The translations under genes were made by a program, and so were the position numbers. The notes under the pieces were generated by a model, which searched no databases, was not told the origin of the DNA, and worked only from the letters and a program-made list of their open reading frames with translations. A DNA stretch of 64,000 nt. Source: an uncultured Pseudomonadales bacterium (GTDB taxonomy: Bacteria; Patescibacteriota; Microgenomatia; UBA1400; PJMF01). Below, in pieces: positions 63,434 through 64,000 of this stretch. The stretch spans positions 226,093-290,092 of the forward strand of contig CAZUHV010000003.1 in NCBI GenBank assembly GCA_964620965.1, read 5' to 3'. The number at the start of each line of letters is the position of its first letter. Within the stretch, counting starts at the first letter, position 1.

Positions 63434-64000
63434 ATGATGAGAAAACTTTTCGCTCAGTTGGGTAAGTTTCGATCTCAAGCCGGTTTTACAATGATCGAGC
63501 TTTTGATTGTTATCGCTATATTAGGTATTTTGGCTGTTGCTGTTCTTTCTGCAATCAACCCTGTTGAGCAGATTAACAGAGGTCGTGATACTGGTTCACG
63601 TTCTGATGCTGAGCAGTTACTCAGTGCTATTGACCGTTACAATGCCTTTGCAGGTTATTACCCATGGCAAAATGGTGCTTCTGATGATGTTTATGATGTT
63701 GCCTGGACAACTTGGGATGCAATAGATGCTTTCACACAAAACACAACAGGCTGTAATGTCTCTGATTTGTTAAGTGCTGGTAATGGGGCTTGTACAGGAT
63801 CAAATGAGTTGAAAATAACTTTCTTTAACAGAATTTTTGATACTGGATATAACCACCTCATGATTTATCATGGTACTGAAGCATCAAACAGCACCTATGT
63901 TTGTTTTGCTCCAAAGTCCGATGCTTTCAAAACAGAAGCAACAAATAGAGTTACCGCAGGTGTCCCTGCTGATTATCCAGCTGAAGCTGTAGATAATGCT
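63434..64000 (+). CDS. Type IV pilin (3'-truncated by window edge)
   Basis: SD AAGGA; AG|FTMIELLIVIAILGILAVAVLSAINP prepilin motif; frame open to the window end. Confidence 0.93.
   Translation, partial: MMRKLFAQLGKFRSQAGFTMIELLIVIAILGILAVAVLSAINPVEQINRGRDTGSRSDAEQLLSAIDRYNAFAGYYPWQNGASDDVYDVAWTTWDAIDAFTQNTTGCNVSDLLSAGNGACTGSNELKITFFNRIFDTGYNHLMIYHGTEASNSTYVCFAPKSDAFKTEATNRVTAGVPADYPAEAVDNA

Overview
AT-rich chromosomal window, most consistent with a Patescibacteria (CPR, Microgenomates-like) bacterium using genetic code 11. This is inferred from the short EF-Ts and YebC, archaeal-type UMP kinase, a single Xer recombinase in view, a type IV pilus cluster and scattered housekeeping genes. Most of the window is housekeeping: cysS, pyrH, ychF, rpsF-ssb-rpsR, ctpA, prfA, rpmE, glmS, hisS, dnaB, lgt-lspA-rluD, glyA, nfo, folD, rpsB-tsf, eno, queA/tgt, xer, gyrB-ppaC-gyrA, holB, pilB-pilT-pilC-pilin, plus tRNA-Leu(CAA) and tRNA-Ala(GGC). 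The notable signal is intergenic. (1) Unannotated leader peptides with terminator/antiterminator pairs precede cysS (MKSLTINCCCLLCTNP), hisS (MLKKISLQALHHHSHI) and possibly glyA (MIKSRISQLSAFSTL), pointing to ribosome-mediated amino-acid attenuation. (2) A glmS ribozyme with an intact core but large hairpin insertions (about 360 nt) lies upstream of glmS. (3) Small membrane-protein genes with related structured leaders flank tRNA-Ala. (4) A low-coding 45.6-48.8 kb region next to xer holds a dif-like site and repeated motifs. No CRISPR, rRNA, transposase or phage genes were seen. All structures were paired by eye and no searches were run.
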